Shown piece after piece: positions 46,385 through 56,207 of a stretch of 64,000 nucleotides of DNA; within the stretch, counting starts at the first letter, position 1; every line of letters begins with the position of its first letter. The notes below the pieces were generated by a model. It did no database searches. It saw nothing but the letters and a program-made list of their open reading frames with translations, and was not told where the DNA came from. Source of the DNA: a virus (Duplodnaviria > Heunggongvirae > Uroviricota > Caudoviricetes); IMG/VR virus record IMGVR_UViG_3300015615_000629, positions 496,711-560,710 of that record, one strand, 5' to 3'. The translations under genes were made by a program, and so were the position numbers.

Positions 46385-47969
46385 AACTAGGTTCGCCCCC
46401 AGTCCAACAGGTTATTTGCATATCGGCGGTGTTAGAACCGCCCTTTTTTGTTGGCTATTTGCTAAAAGAAATAACGGACATTTTATCCTCAGAATCGACG
46501 ATACCGATGCTGAAAGAAATGTCGATGAAGCCCTACAACCCATCCTAGACGGCTTAAAATGGCTAGGAATTACATGGGACGAAGGCCCCGATATCGGCGG
46601 CCCCCATGCACCCTATTATCAATCCAAAAGATCAGAAAACTATAAAAAAGCAGTTGAAAAACTTCTAGCAAGTGGCCACGCCTATCGAGATTACGCAACT
46701 ACAGAAGAACTCGCCCAAGAACGTAAAGAAGCAGAACAAAATAAAGTTCCATTCATCTATAGCCGCAAATGGATGGCAAATACCCCAGAAGATAATGAAA
46801 AGTTCCTAAACGAAGGCAGAAAACCTACCGTTAGACTAAAAATGCCTCGGGAAGGAAGTCTTACCATAAATGACATTGTCCGTGGTGAAGTTACGTTTGA
46901 ATGGTCTAGAGAACAAGACCATGTGATTCAAAGAGCCGATGGAACCTGTCTTTACCATCTGGCTAGTGTCGTCGATGACGCTGATATGGAAATCACCCAT
47001 GTTATCCGTGCCGAAGAACACCTTTCTAACACACCACGACAAGTCTTTATCGCCCAATCCTTGAATTATTCAATCCCCATCTATGCCCATCTGCCATTTG
47101 TAGCCGAACCAGGAAGCAAAAACAAACTAAGCAAAAGAAAACTACAAACTTATCTTAAAAACCAAGATTTCCTGCAAATCTATGAACACGGCCATAAAAT
47201 AGCAAAAGAACTTAATCTTAAAACCACTTTAGACACCTTCAATCCTGTAATAACCGAATTCTACGAACAAGTTGGATACCTGCCAGAAGCAATTATCAAT
47301 TATCTTGCTCTTGTTGGCTGGTCTTTAGACGACCATACCGAAATCCTTTCCAAACAAGAACTTATAGATAATTTTTCCTTAGAAAGAGTCGTCAAGGGCA
47401 GTGCTAGTTTTGACAGCAATAAACTATGGTCTTTCCAAGACCATTACATGAAACAAGTGCCTATCGAAGAAAAAGCCCAAAAGATGCTGTCATATCTGTT
47501 GATTGACAAACCTACCGAAAAAATCCATAATACCTTGTTGAAAGCCATTGAAGCGGCAGGTATTAGGCTTAAGGTCTATGGCGACATTATCGCTTATGCT
47601 GATTTCTTCTTTCGAGATGTCAAATATGACGAAACCGCTTTTGAGAAACGGTTGTTAAAGTCGGGTGCAAAAGAAATTCTTCTCAAATATAGGGATAAAC
47701 TGTTTGCCGATGGGCACTTAAGGATAATGGCTCTCGATATTTGGGATTCAATCAAAATTGAATCCCTTACTCACGAGTTTCTTAGAGAACAAAATCTAAA
47801 AATTGGTGATCTGGTTCATGCGGTTCGAGTGGCTGTAACAGGTAAAGCAGTTGGTCCTGGCTTGTATGATTGCTTGGCTATTTTGGGCAAACAAGTTACC
47901 CTCGAAAGACTTGAACGGGCGATAAGTGAAATACAAAATAAGCAGAACCAAGAAATTGGTGGCAGTTGA
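46374..47969 (+). CDS. gltX: glutamate--tRNA ligase
   Basis: RTRFAPSPTGYLHIGG (HIGH), LRIDDTD, ITHVIRAEEHLSNT, KLSKR, anticodon domain VRVAVTG..GPGL; full length. Confidence 0.95.
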   Translation: MTVRTRFAPSPTGYLHIGGVRTALFCWLFAKRNNGHFILRIDDTDAERNVDEALQPILDGLKWLGITWDEGPDIGGPHAPYYQSKRSENYKKAVEKLLASGHAYRDYATTEELAQERKEAEQNKVPFIYSRKWMANTPEDNEKFLNEGRKPTVRLKMPREGSLTINDIVRGEVTFEWSREQDHVIQRADGTCLYHLASVVDDADMEITHVIRAEEHLSNTPRQVFIAQSLNYSIPIYAHLPFVAEPGSKNKLSKRKLQTYLKNQDFLQIYEHGHKIAKELNLKTTLDTFNPVITEFYEQVGYLPEAIINYLALVGWSLDDHTEILSKQELIDNFSLERVVKGSASFDSNKLWSFQDHYMKQVPIEEKAQKMLSYLLIDKPTEKIHNTLLKAIEAAGIRLKVYGDIIAYADFFFRDVKYDETAFEKRLLKSGAKEILLKYRDKLFADGHLRIMALDIWDSIKIESLTHEFLREQNLKIGDLVHAVRVAVTGKAVGPGLYDCLAILGKQVTLERLERAISEIQNKQNQEIGGS

Positions 47970-48420
47970 ATGCCCTTCTGTTGGAAGAACTCTTCTAATC
48001 GGCGGCCGTCCAACATATCTTAGATTCCCGCCTCATCTGTTTGTTTTTAAACTGTCAAATAAAAACCAACTAATAGTCAAAGGGCTTCATTATCTTCACC
48101 TCTTTATCAAAAAGAACTTCAAGTATTACATTACTCCTTTGCCAAACACAACCTACATGGGGGCAGTTTGTCTCGACCATCAAACCCACACGGGCAAAAA
48201 TCCATTAAAATTAATAGAAAAAATTATAGCACAATATTGGCTTTTTAGATTTGCGAATGCCCCATTTAATGGACTGCAGGCTAAAGCAGCTCTAAAAAAT
48301 TGGGAACGAGAATCAAAAGAAACCGATTCTTGTTCTTGTCATCTGTTTGCAGAATCCAATTGGATTAAAAAACTAGAAATAGTTTCCGAAGAAGAACTAC
48401 TTAAGTTTTTAAAATCATGA
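47926..48420 (+). CDS. E2-like paralogue 5
   Basis: PSVGRTLL ... FPPHLF ... LPNTTYMGAVCLD ... IAQYWLFRF. Confidence 0.65.
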   Translation: MKYKISRTKKLVAVECPSVGRTLLIGGRPTYLRFPPHLFVFKLSNKNQLIVKGLHYLHLFIKKNFKYYITPLPNTTYMGAVCLDHQTHTGKNPLKLIEKIIAQYWLFRFANAPFNGLQAKAALKNWERESKETDSCSCHLFAESNWIKKLEIVSEEELLKFLKS

Positions 48421-48947
48421 AATTACTTCACGCTCGCGGCACCAATTTCTTCAAACAAGTAGTTGCATTTCCGCCGCAACGCCGAACCATTATGATGGAA
48501 AATGAACCCGAGGTACGGCCCATCTCCATCGAATTCCCAGAAACCGTATTCATTATGGAAGTAGAGAAACAAGATGACGAATTTCTCTTTATGGAGTTTC
48601 AATTCGGACACCCAAAAGGGGATAAAATTTATCCAATTCCTTTGCCAAATATCGACGGACCACTAACCGTTTGCTTGCCTCACAATTTCCAACCAGGGAC
48701 CGTTAATATAAACAAACTAATTGACCTTTTCTGGCAAACTTCGTTCTTCGATTACGAAAACCATACTGAATTGACAGATGAATGTTTCGATAATGAATTT
48801 AACGAACTTGTTGCCGGAAAATATACGCCAAAAAACAAAATAACCGTTTGTGAACTTGATGACTTGTATATTGAGGCCATAGACTCGCCCGAAAAAGAAG
48901 GTTACGTAGAAGTTGAGACAAAATTAATACGTGCAAATTATCTATGA
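48417..48947 (+). CDS. E2-like paralogue 6
   Basis: PPQRRTIM ... FPETVF ... LPNIDGPLTVCLP ... IDLFWQTSF. Confidence 0.7.
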   Translation: MKLLHARGTNFFKQVVAFPPQRRTIMMENEPEVRPISIEFPETVFIMEVEKQDDEFLFMEFQFGHPKGDKIYPIPLPNIDGPLTVCLPHNFQPGTVNINKLIDLFWQTSFFDYENHTELTDECFDNEFNELVAGKYTPKNKITVCELDDLYIEAIDSPEKEGYVEVETKLIRANYL

Positions 48948-49459
48948 AATACCGGATAAGCAAAACCAAACATTTAATTGCGGCTGAATTTCCTTCGGTT
49001 GGACGCATGGTAATATGTCACGGAAACCAGCCAACCTATCTCAAGTTTCCACAACATATTTTCGTTTTTCCCATAGTAATAGACAATAAAGATTTAGTTG
49101 TTAATTACCACTACGGAGTAAGTTTGTACTTCAGGAAGAATTTTAAATATTATATTCCACCACTAGAACACATGTGGCCACAACATGGACATATGTGTAT
49201 AGGACATGTCCGTAAACAAAATGAACCAATTCGTGCTATAAATGATACAATTAGAAAGTTTTGGACAAGCGAAAGCTATACAAATTGGCCACTTAGACCG
49301 AGAGAAGAAAAAGCCCTTGCTAACTGGAAAAAAGAATCAAAAGAAACTAACTCTTGCTCTTGTTATCTTTTTGAAAAATATAAACTACCAAAATTAGAAC
49401 CAATCTCTCAAGAAAACCTCCTAGAATACTTAAGGAGCCACTATGGCAACTCTGTTTGA
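48944..49459 (+). CDS. E2-like paralogue 7
   Basis: PSVGRMVI ... FPQHIF ... HGHMCIG ... IRKFWTS; close to paralogue 5. Confidence 0.6.
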   Translation: MKYRISKTKHLIAAEFPSVGRMVICHGNQPTYLKFPQHIFVFPIVIDNKDLVVNYHYGVSLYFRKNFKYYIPPLEHMWPQHGHMCIGHVRKQNEPIRAINDTIRKFWTSESYTNWPLRPREEKALANWKKESKETNSCSCYLFEKYKLPKLEPISQENLLEYLRSHYGNSV

Positions 49460-49796
49460 ACTAGATCAAAAACAATTTGACGAATGGCTCGAAAACCGCC
49501 CACAAGTTATCAAAGATATGGCGGCTCAATTCCCGCCAAACAAACTCTACAGAATGGAAACAGGACACCGAGTTACCCTAATGTCCTACTCAGAAGACAG
49601 AACGGTTGTCGTTAAAGTAAGCGGCAAATATAACTATGTTCAATTCGAACGTAGTGTGTTTGGTGTCGATATAGACTCTTTGATAGAATGTGACCTGCCT
49701 GCTCCTGATGAAAAAGTCGGCGTCGAATTAGATCAACAAGAAACTGAACAATTACTCGCTAAACTAAGAGCAAAACATATCGCCGAGATGAACTAA
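49443..49796 (+). CDS. hypothetical protein
   Basis: 117 aa, AAGGAG RBS; no E2 motif. Confidence 0.6.
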   Translation: MATLFELDQKQFDEWLENRPQVIKDMAAQFPPNKLYRMETGHRVTLMSYSEDRTVVVKVSGKYNYVQFERSVFGVDIDSLIECDLPAPDEKVGVELDQQETEQLLAKLRAKHIAEMN

Positions 49797-50275
49797 TGAA
49801 TATTAGGTTGATTCCTGAACTTTCTAATATTCCCAGCTCTGTTGCTTTGCGTGCATTCTATGTTAATTTTAAACCAATAAGTAGAACAGTATTAAGCTTA
49901 GAGTCTACTCCTTTTGTCGAATTTCCAAGACATAGATTTGAAATCTATGTAGTCCGTTATGGAAAAACCTACTATCAATTATATTCTTTATATTTTCAGG
50001 TTTATGGAAGATATACTACTTTGACAAACGAATTCCACAATATTGACATGCCAAATATCGATTATGGCCATGTGTGCTTAGGACGCGCAATAGTGGAAAG
50101 TTCGTGGAAAAAAGTTATTGAAAATTCTACAGAAGCGTTCTGGACAACTCAATTTGGAAACAACGATGCTTTCTCATCTGGGCAATTAAAAGGTTATGCT
50201 TATCATCAAGTAAGAACTTTTGAATCCGTTCCAGTTCAAGATGAGAAAGAATTCGAAAGTCTATGGAAATTCTAG
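49796..50275 (+). CDS. E2-like paralogue 8
   Basis: PISRTVL ... FPRHRF ... MPNIDYGHVCLG ... TEAFWTTQF. Confidence 0.7.
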   Translation: MNIRLIPELSNIPSSVALRAFYVNFKPISRTVLSLESTPFVEFPRHRFEIYVVRYGKTYYQLYSLYFQVYGRYTTLTNEFHNIDMPNIDYGHVCLGRAIVESSWKKVIENSTEAFWTTQFGNNDAFSSGQLKGYAYHQVRTFESVPVQDEKEFESLWKF

Positions 50276-50649
50276 CCGCAATAACGCTACTTTTCTTGTT
50301 TTTGTATCTTTGGAAAAAACATACTTATCCAAAACACAAAGGACCGCCACCACTTCCGAGTAATCTTACTGGAACTTTTACGGCTCGCGGCACCGCTGCT
50401 TTTTGGGTAGATTATTTCGATCTCCCTTTCAAAGGTGCCGGAACCTATCAAGATGCCGACGGATTTATCTACGAAATCACTAAAGATGGAAATAATCCAA
50501 AACCAGAAGCCTTAGCAAAAGATGGTTTCGATAAAAATGGTAAACTCGCCCATCGGTCTTTGGAAAAATACGGATACGGTCAGATGTTCTTTGGAAAAGT
50601 AACCCATGAAAATTTTAAACCTAATCAAAAACCTTTGGAAAAAGCCTGA
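50263..50649 (+). CDS. membrane-anchored hypothetical protein
   Basis: N-terminal TM (ILAAITLLFLFLYLW). Confidence 0.55.
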   Translation: MEILAAITLLFLFLYLWKKHTYPKHKGPPPLPSNLTGTFTARGTAAFWVDYFDLPFKGAGTYQDADGFIYEITKDGNNPKPEALAKDGFDKNGKLAHRSLEKYGYGQMFFGKVTHENFKPNQKPLEKA

Positions 50650-51241
50650 AGAACAGTTTGTTCTCACAGCAGATTGCCTTCATAAAAGTAGTATTCCAAC
50701 ATATTGCTCAGATGCCTCTAAAAGCATCTTTGTGAAACAACCAGAACGATATAGAACCGTCATGGTAGACCATACCCCAAGATACCTATACATCCCAAAT
50801 ATTTTATTCGAGGCATCCATTAGTAAGATAAATCGCCGCTTTTTTGTTTTTACTTATTTAAGTGTCTATGCAGAAAATAAAGGGAATCTTTATAGTTTGC
50901 CTTTTCCTAATATTTTATCTAAAACTGTTTGTATGTCAAATTATAACGAAAGACGCTCGGGCCAAAACCCATTTCAACTCGCAGATGATGCTATTGATTA
51001 TTTTTGGACAAGTCGATTTAACACAAGCTACGACCATTCTCTTGGCTACTTTTTAGCCGCGTGGTCGAATCTTTCCCAAACAGGACATTTTCAAGAAAAT
51101 GGATTTGACAAGTTAAAGTATCTCTCCAGCAACGATACACTTATAAACATGAGGAAACTCTTTCCATACCCAGAACTTCAAAAAGTTGAAACAAGAACGT
51201 TGCTTAAAAAATGGAAACATCTTGAACCAATTTCTTGGTGA
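50606..51241 (+). CDS. E2-like paralogue 9
   Basis: PERYRTVM ... IPNILF ... FPNILSKTVCMS ... IDYFWTSRF. Confidence 0.65.
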   Translation: MKILNLIKNLWKKPEEQFVLTADCLHKSSIPTYCSDASKSIFVKQPERYRTVMVDHTPRYLYIPNILFEASISKINRRFFVFTYLSVYAENKGNLYSLPFPNILSKTVCMSNYNERRSGQNPFQLADDAIDYFWTSRFNTSYDHSLGYFLAAWSNLSQTGHFQENGFDKLKYLSSNDTLINMRKLFPYPELQKVETRTLLKKWKHLEPISW

Positions 51242-51244
51242 GAT

Positions 51245-51670
51245 ATGGAAATCTTTCTTAAAAAACAATCAGCTAGATTGCTCGAATTGGTTGTTATTTG
51301 TCCTGCGAGAAGCAGGACAATTCTTATCGACTCATCCCCGGTTTTATTAGATCTCCCACGCCACCAATTCGTGGCCTTGATTGTCCCCTACCAACCGCCA
51401 CATAAACACCTGCTAGTCGGACTCCAATTTCTATGCTATGATAACCAAAATCAACTCTATGCCCCCGCAATGCCAAACCTAATCTCCATGCAAGGACATG
51501 TCTGCTCCCGCTTTCTAAGAGAATCAAGCCTCACCGAATTAGTAACCAAAGCTATCGATGAATTCTGGCAAACTAGATTCACAGACCATCCAACAGATAT
51601 ATTGCAAAATCTCGGCTACATGCTCCCCGAAGAATTAACCCCCTTCAATGAAAATGAAGTTTCATCGTAG
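51245..51670 (+). CDS. E2-like paralogue 10
   Basis: PARSRTIL ... LPRHQF ... MPNLISMQGHVCS ... IDEFWQTRF. Confidence 0.65.
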   Translation: MEIFLKKQSARLLELVVICPARSRTILIDSSPVLLDLPRHQFVALIVPYQPPHKHLLVGLQFLCYDNQNQLYAPAMPNLISMQGHVCSRFLRESSLTELVTKAIDEFWQTRFTDHPTDILQNLGYMLPEELTPFNENEVSS

Positions 51671-52139
51671 AAAAAATGAAACCTATTTTTCCGTAAAATT
51701 ACCAAACCAATATCGAACCATCATCGTTGGCAGTAAACCAGTAAATCTCCTATTTAAAAATACCCACCTGACCTTCACCGTAATCAAATACAGAAAACTA
51801 TGGATATTAACAAAATTAGAAATTACCGTCGATGGAAACGAACCGCCCTTGCCAAATGTAGATGAAACAGGGGCCATTTGCCTCGGCAAAACAATTAAAG
51901 ATACCAGCCTCGTAAATCTCGTTAAAAAAGCCATCGAAAGATTATGGACCGCAAAATTTAACTCAGTAGAAGATTATGAAAACAACAGATACCACTTAGA
52001 CCCATTTGAAGATTGTTACTCAAAAGATATCGAAGACGACTTCAATAAATGGGTCGAATATTCTAAGAAAAAGAGAAAGTTCACCTATAAACCTATTAAC
52101 TACAAACCCATCGAAGAATACGACAGGAACTACAAATGA
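51648..52139 (+). CDS. E2-like paralogue 11
   Basis: PNQYRTII ... LPNVDETGAICLG (closest to canonical HPNxxxxGxICL) ... IERLWTAKF. Confidence 0.75.
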   Translation: MKMKFHRRKNETYFSVKLPNQYRTIIVGSKPVNLLFKNTHLTFTVIKYRKLWILTKLEITVDGNEPPLPNVDETGAICLGKTIKDTSLVNLVKKAIERLWTAKFNSVEDYENNRYHLDPFEDCYSKDIEDDFNKWVEYSKKKRKFTYKPINYKPIEEYDRNYK

Positions 52140-52543
52140 CATCAGAACGAATTAATTGGCTCGTCGAACAAATCCCAGCCCACGAACAAGCCGAATGCCG
52201 CCAACTTATCGAATGGGCAGTTTCCCAAAATTGGGAAGATATCGGCTATTGGACAGGAGATGAAGATGCCGACCTCTCCGATCTCGTCGGAAATAAACCT
52301 TACGGCCCAACAACCGAACTAACAATCCACGGTAAGAAAGTTCCAATCGAAGCCCGACTCGCCTTCATTAAATCCGAGAAATGGCTCTACGACCAAATCG
52401 CTCACCAAATCGACACCGATGACTATTGGTTGTGGCTCGAAACCCCAAACGAAAAACTCGATAACAAAACCCCAATGGAAGTTATCGAAAAACACGGCTA
52501 TAGAGGACTTGATAAATTCAAATCCCTAATGGGATTGAAATAA
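52136..52543 (+). CDS. protein with C-terminal Xre/MbcA/ParS antitoxin toxin-binding-like domain
   Basis: WLWLETPNEKLDNKTPMEVIEKHGYRGL matches W(L)xxPNxxLxxxxPxxxxxxxG. Confidence 0.6.
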   Translation: MTSERINWLVEQIPAHEQAECRQLIEWAVSQNWEDIGYWTGDEDADLSDLVGNKPYGPTTELTIHGKKVPIEARLAFIKSEKWLYDQIAHQIDTDDYWLWLETPNEKLDNKTPMEVIEKHGYRGLDKFKSLMGLK

Positions 52544-53034
52544 TGCAAATCTATCGTAAAAAGACATCAATATTTCCAGGCATATACCACAATGAACTCA
52601 ATGTCGTTGTGGTCTGTCCTCCTGCAAAAAGAACAATTATTATTAACGGTATACCATATTGCATCGATATGCCAAAACACCGTTTCGATATGCAACTAAT
52701 AGATGTTATAGATGTTATCGAAACAGGTCTCGCAGGCACAGATACAGAAAGATGTCGTTCTTTATTTTCATGTATGACAATTTTAGATACAGAACCCTAT
52801 ATTCCACACTTTCCTAATTTATTTTATCAAAATGGATACGCATTTATTTGCCAACCAATATCCAAAAAAAACACCTTCAAAGAAGCCATAAAAGATACTA
52901 TAAACACCTTTTGGACTACCAAATTTGACGGCAAGATAAAAAATCTACTCAAACCTAGAAGTGCCATTCCAGACTCTTGGAACTACAACGATTACGAAGA
53001 AGTTGAATATCATGAAAAAAGCAGAATATTGTAA
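52543..53034 (+). CDS. E2-like paralogue 12
   Basis: PPAKRTII ... MPKHRF ... FPNLFYQNGYAFICQ ... INTFWTTKF. Confidence 0.65.
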   Translation: MQIYRKKTSIFPGIYHNELNVVVVCPPAKRTIIINGIPYCIDMPKHRFDMQLIDVIDVIETGLAGTDTERCRSLFSCMTILDTEPYIPHFPNLFYQNGYAFICQPISKKNTFKEAIKDTINTFWTTKFDGKIKNLLKPRSAIPDSWNYNDYEEVEYHEKSRIL

Positions 53035-53230
53035 CATCTATCTCCAAACACGCTGCCCTTACTGCCAAACCGCCAATTTCTTCTATTATGGTGATCCTAA
53101 TGATTGCACCTCTGGCATCGATATCGACGTAGGTCTATGCCATCATTGCAAGGAAAAATTCATTATAACCGATAAAATTGATTGGAACGATCCAGACCAT
53201 CCAGTGGTTGTGGAAGGGGAGCCACGATGA
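53012..53230 (+). CDS. zinc-ribbon protein
   Basis: CPYC ... CHHC; start trimmed to ATG 53012. Confidence 0.55.
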   Translation: MKKAEYCNIYLQTRCPYCQTANFFYYGDPNDCTSGIDIDVGLCHHCKEKFIITDKIDWNDPDHPVVVEGEPR

Positions 53231-53769
53231 AGTTATTCAAAACTAAATTAGAAAATGCCAATTTTCTGACAGATTATTTGGTTGCTCAATTCCAACCAAC
53301 CAAACGAACCATAATTATAGAGAATCGATGGATTGGAAGGGGAATGAAAATTGAGTTACAACTTCAACTACCAACTCATGAATTCTGGTTCCCACAATAT
53401 ATTTCCGGTGGCAAGCTTCAGATTTTTGAAAAATTCTCAGTTAGATTCTTTTGTAGAAAAGACAACCATCTATACGTCCCACCCCTACCAAACATCATTG
53501 CAAAATACAATGGCTATCTAAGTGGCTCCTTTTGTCTCGGACACGGAGATTTTACAGATGAACCCAAATCTGCTATAATCAAAACCGTAGAAGAGTTCTG
53601 GTTCTCTACCTTTCGTGGCAATATCTATTGTCAGATAAACGAAAATTTAGAATATCTGCGATGTTTTCAAAATTGGATAAAAACCTCTAAAGACAACATT
53701 TGCGATTTTTCCAATTTCTATTCTTACATGGAATCTCCGGAATTAATCGAATATGAAATTCCTAGTTAA
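53227..53769 (+). CDS. E2-like paralogue 13
   Basis: PTKRTII ... LPTHEF ... LPNII...SGSFCLG ... VEEFWFSTF. Confidence 0.65.
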   Translation: MKLFKTKLENANFLTDYLVAQFQPTKRTIIIENRWIGRGMKIELQLQLPTHEFWFPQYISGGKLQIFEKFSVRFFCRKDNHLYVPPLPNIIAKYNGYLSGSFCLGHGDFTDEPKSAIIKTVEEFWFSTFRGNIYCQINENLEYLRCFQNWIKTSKDNICDFSNFYSYMESPELIEYEIPS

Positions 53770-54250
53770 TGACACCCATCTCGCCCTAGAATTTCCACCA
53801 AGAGCACGAAATTTTCTATTTACAGATAAACCAATATGTCTAAATTTTCCTACACATTATTTCATTGTACCAAAAAATACGTATCGCGGTAAACTTATTA
53901 TCAATAATAGCCTCCATCTTTTTCTTAAAAAAGATGGAGGCTATTACGTACCACCACTGCCTGGATCAAGATACGATGGAAGTATCTGCCTTGATAACCG
54001 ATACAAACCTATAGTCGGCTCACCAGAAAAAGCTATGAAAAAAGCCATTAACCAATTTTGGGAAAACAAATTACTAATGCTTTCCGAAGATTGGCTGTTA
54101 ACTGTGCCTGAGTTTTCAGAGTGGTTTGAAACTAATGAGTTCCAAGGGACAGATACAACAATTTGGTGGCACTCAGATAGTCTAAATAAATACTGTGGTA
54201 TTTGTTTCGAAAAATTTCAAGAAGTTAAAAACTTCAATAATCTTCTATGA
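53753..54250 (+). CDS. E2-like paralogue 14
   Basis: PPRARNFL ... FPTHYF ... LPGSRYDGSICLD ... INQFWENK. Confidence 0.65.
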   Translation: MKFLVNDTHLALEFPPRARNFLFTDKPICLNFPTHYFIVPKNTYRGKLIINNSLHLFLKKDGGYYVPPLPGSRYDGSICLDNRYKPIVGSPEKAMKKAINQFWENKLLMLSEDWLLTVPEFSEWFETNEFQGTDTTIWWHSDSLNKYCGICFEKFQEVKNFNNLL

Positions 54251-54765
54251 TTGACCAAAATACCCAATTTTACTTAGTACGAAATAATGATCCATATCAT
54301 AATGAGGATGTTCGAGTATCATTCGACCAACCTGAGCAATATCGTACCATTAACGTCTTAACAAGACCCAATACTATCTCTAAATGCATATTTTTCCCAA
54401 AACATAGGATCGATATCTGGTTCAGAATAAAACACAATTATCCACAAGTCTACTCTATGTCGGTTTTGATTTATCATAACGATATGCCTAAAATACCACT
54501 ACTCCCCAATACAGGATACTCCGTCTGCCTCGGCCCTTTCAGATCAAACGGGCCAGATATACTACAACTTATTAAAAATACTGTAAATGCCTTTTGGTTG
54601 AATTCGTTCACCACAGATGGCTTCATTGATGAACAAATTATAAAACAATGGGAAAGTGACCCCGTTTGCCGCCCAGCAAACGAACTGCCTTCCAAAGAAT
54701 GGCTAGGAAATAGAACAGAGACAGATCTGGAAAAATTCAATGAATATCTTCATCAGCAAAGATGA
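54247..54765 (+). CDS. E2-like paralogue 15
   Basis: PEQYRTI ... FPKHRI ... LPNTGYSVCLG ... VNAFWLNSF. Confidence 0.65.
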   Translation: MIDQNTQFYLVRNNDPYHNEDVRVSFDQPEQYRTINVLTRPNTISKCIFFPKHRIDIWFRIKHNYPQVYSMSVLIYHNDMPKIPLLPNTGYSVCLGPFRSNGPDILQLIKNTVNAFWLNSFTTDGFIDEQIIKQWESDPVCRPANELPSKEWLGNRTETDLEKFNEYLHQQR

Positions 54766-55243
54766 ACAATGGGTAGCCGCCGAATTCCCACCCAGATCAA
54801 GAAATATCTTGTGCCAATCAAGGAACGCATACCATGCTCATCATATGATGTTTCCAACCCATTTGTTTGTCTTTCCTAAAGATATCTACAAAAGACAATT
54901 GGGTATCGGATATACTTGGAGAGTTAATTTCTACTTCAAAGAAAAGGATATCTACTATCTCGCCCCACTGCCTCATAACTATAACGGCCACGGACAAATG
55001 TGTTTAAGCTTAAACCATGACCCACAAATCTACTATGCTCCGCTTGAAACCTCTATCAAACGCTTAATTAATACTTTTTGGACTAAAGCTTTCGGAGAAT
55101 TTTATTCTAAATCTGCAAAAATATGGAAAGAACAATCCCAATTAGGTACATTTACTTGTGCAAATCTCGAAAGAGCTTTTGGCGTTCCCACGCTTATACC
55201 CACCACCCTCGACCACGTAAAAAAAATCTGGGATTGTGAATAA
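54740..55243 (+). CDS. E2-like paralogue 16
   Basis: PPRSRNIL ... FPTHLF ... LPHNYNGHGQMCLS ... INTFWTKAF. Confidence 0.65.
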   Translation: MNIFISKDEQWVAAEFPPRSRNILCQSRNAYHAHHMMFPTHLFVFPKDIYKRQLGIGYTWRVNFYFKEKDIYYLAPLPHNYNGHGQMCLSLNHDPQIYYAPLETSIKRLINTFWTKAFGEFYSKSAKIWKEQSQLGTFTCANLERAFGVPTLIPTTLDHVKKIWDCE

Positions 55244-55267
55244 CCCCTGACAAACTTAGGTGATAAT

Positions 55268-55741
55268 ATGGCTAAACAAATAATCGTAAGAAAACTCAAA
55301 AATGGCGTCTCCGTTACCATCAATTACCCAAGACAATTCAGGACTGTTATCGTAAATAACAAACCATATTGTCTTAAATTCCCCAAAGCTGAACTGACTG
55401 TTAAGATGCTATACCGTATGAAATACAGTCCCACAGCTAAAAAATACGTAAAAAGTAATGAACTTCAATTCGATTACCTTAAATTCACCTCCGCAGAAAA
55501 ATCAGCCCAAATCCCCCTGCCAAACATCACAGGCGGTTACGTCTGTCTAGGAAAAGATATCTACGAAAAGTCCCTCGAAAGTATCGTCAAAACTGTCGTC
55601 GAACGCTTCTGGACTTCCCGCTTCGAAGGGCTTTATGGACCAAAAGTAACCAAATTCAAAAGATGGGTGAAAAACTCCCAAAAACCATCCAAACTAAAAA
55701 GACCTAAACCCATTGATTGGAACGTATTAAATGAAACCTAA
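55268..55741 (+). CDS. E2-like paralogue 17
   Basis: PRQFRTVI ... FPKAEL ... LPNITGGYVCLG ... VERFWTSRF ... PKPIDW. Confidence 0.7.
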   Translation: MAKQIIVRKLKNGVSVTINYPRQFRTVIVNNKPYCLKFPKAELTVKMLYRMKYSPTAKKYVKSNELQFDYLKFTSAEKSAQIPLPNITGGYVCLGKDIYEKSLESIVKTVVERFWTSRFEGLYGPKVTKFKRWVKNSQKPSKLKRPKPIDWNVLNET

Positions 55742-56207
55742 AGCTACAAAAATAATTAACTCATATTATGTTGATATAACCTTGCCAACCCAAAACAGAA
55801 TGGTGTTTGTAGGAGACAAACCCTATTACTTAAGGTTCCCTCAATATAAAATACAACTACGTGTTGAAAGATTCAAAAAAAGATACCGTTTAATCGAATT
55901 CTTGTTTCAAAAATCAAAAGGTGATTGGTATCCTCCCTTCATAAACGTAAGCGTCTTCGAAAATTATGCCGCTCTTTGTATGGGAAAGGCAATGTCGGCA
56001 ACTTCAATCACACAACTTACTAAAAATGCCCTAGAGCGTTTCTACGTAGCACGTTGGGAAGGTGCCCTATACGGAACCCAATTCTTCAGACTCCAAGCCA
56101 ATGCTCAAAAAGGGAAAACACCAAAGCCTAAACCCATTGACTGGAAGTATTTAGAACAATTTGATGCTAAAGAGAAAGCAAATGGACATGGAATATCTGG
56201 TAAATAA
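55731..56207 (+). CDS. E2-like paralogue 18
   Basis: PTQNRMVF ... FPQYKI ... PPFINV...ALCMG ... LERFYVARW ... PKPIDW. Confidence 0.65.
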   Translation: MKPKATKIINSYYVDITLPTQNRMVFVGDKPYYLRFPQYKIQLRVERFKKRYRLIEFLFQKSKGDWYPPFINVSVFENYAALCMGKAMSATSITQLTKNALERFYVARWEGALYGTQFFRLQANAQKGKTPKPKPIDWKYLEQFDAKEKANGHGISGK

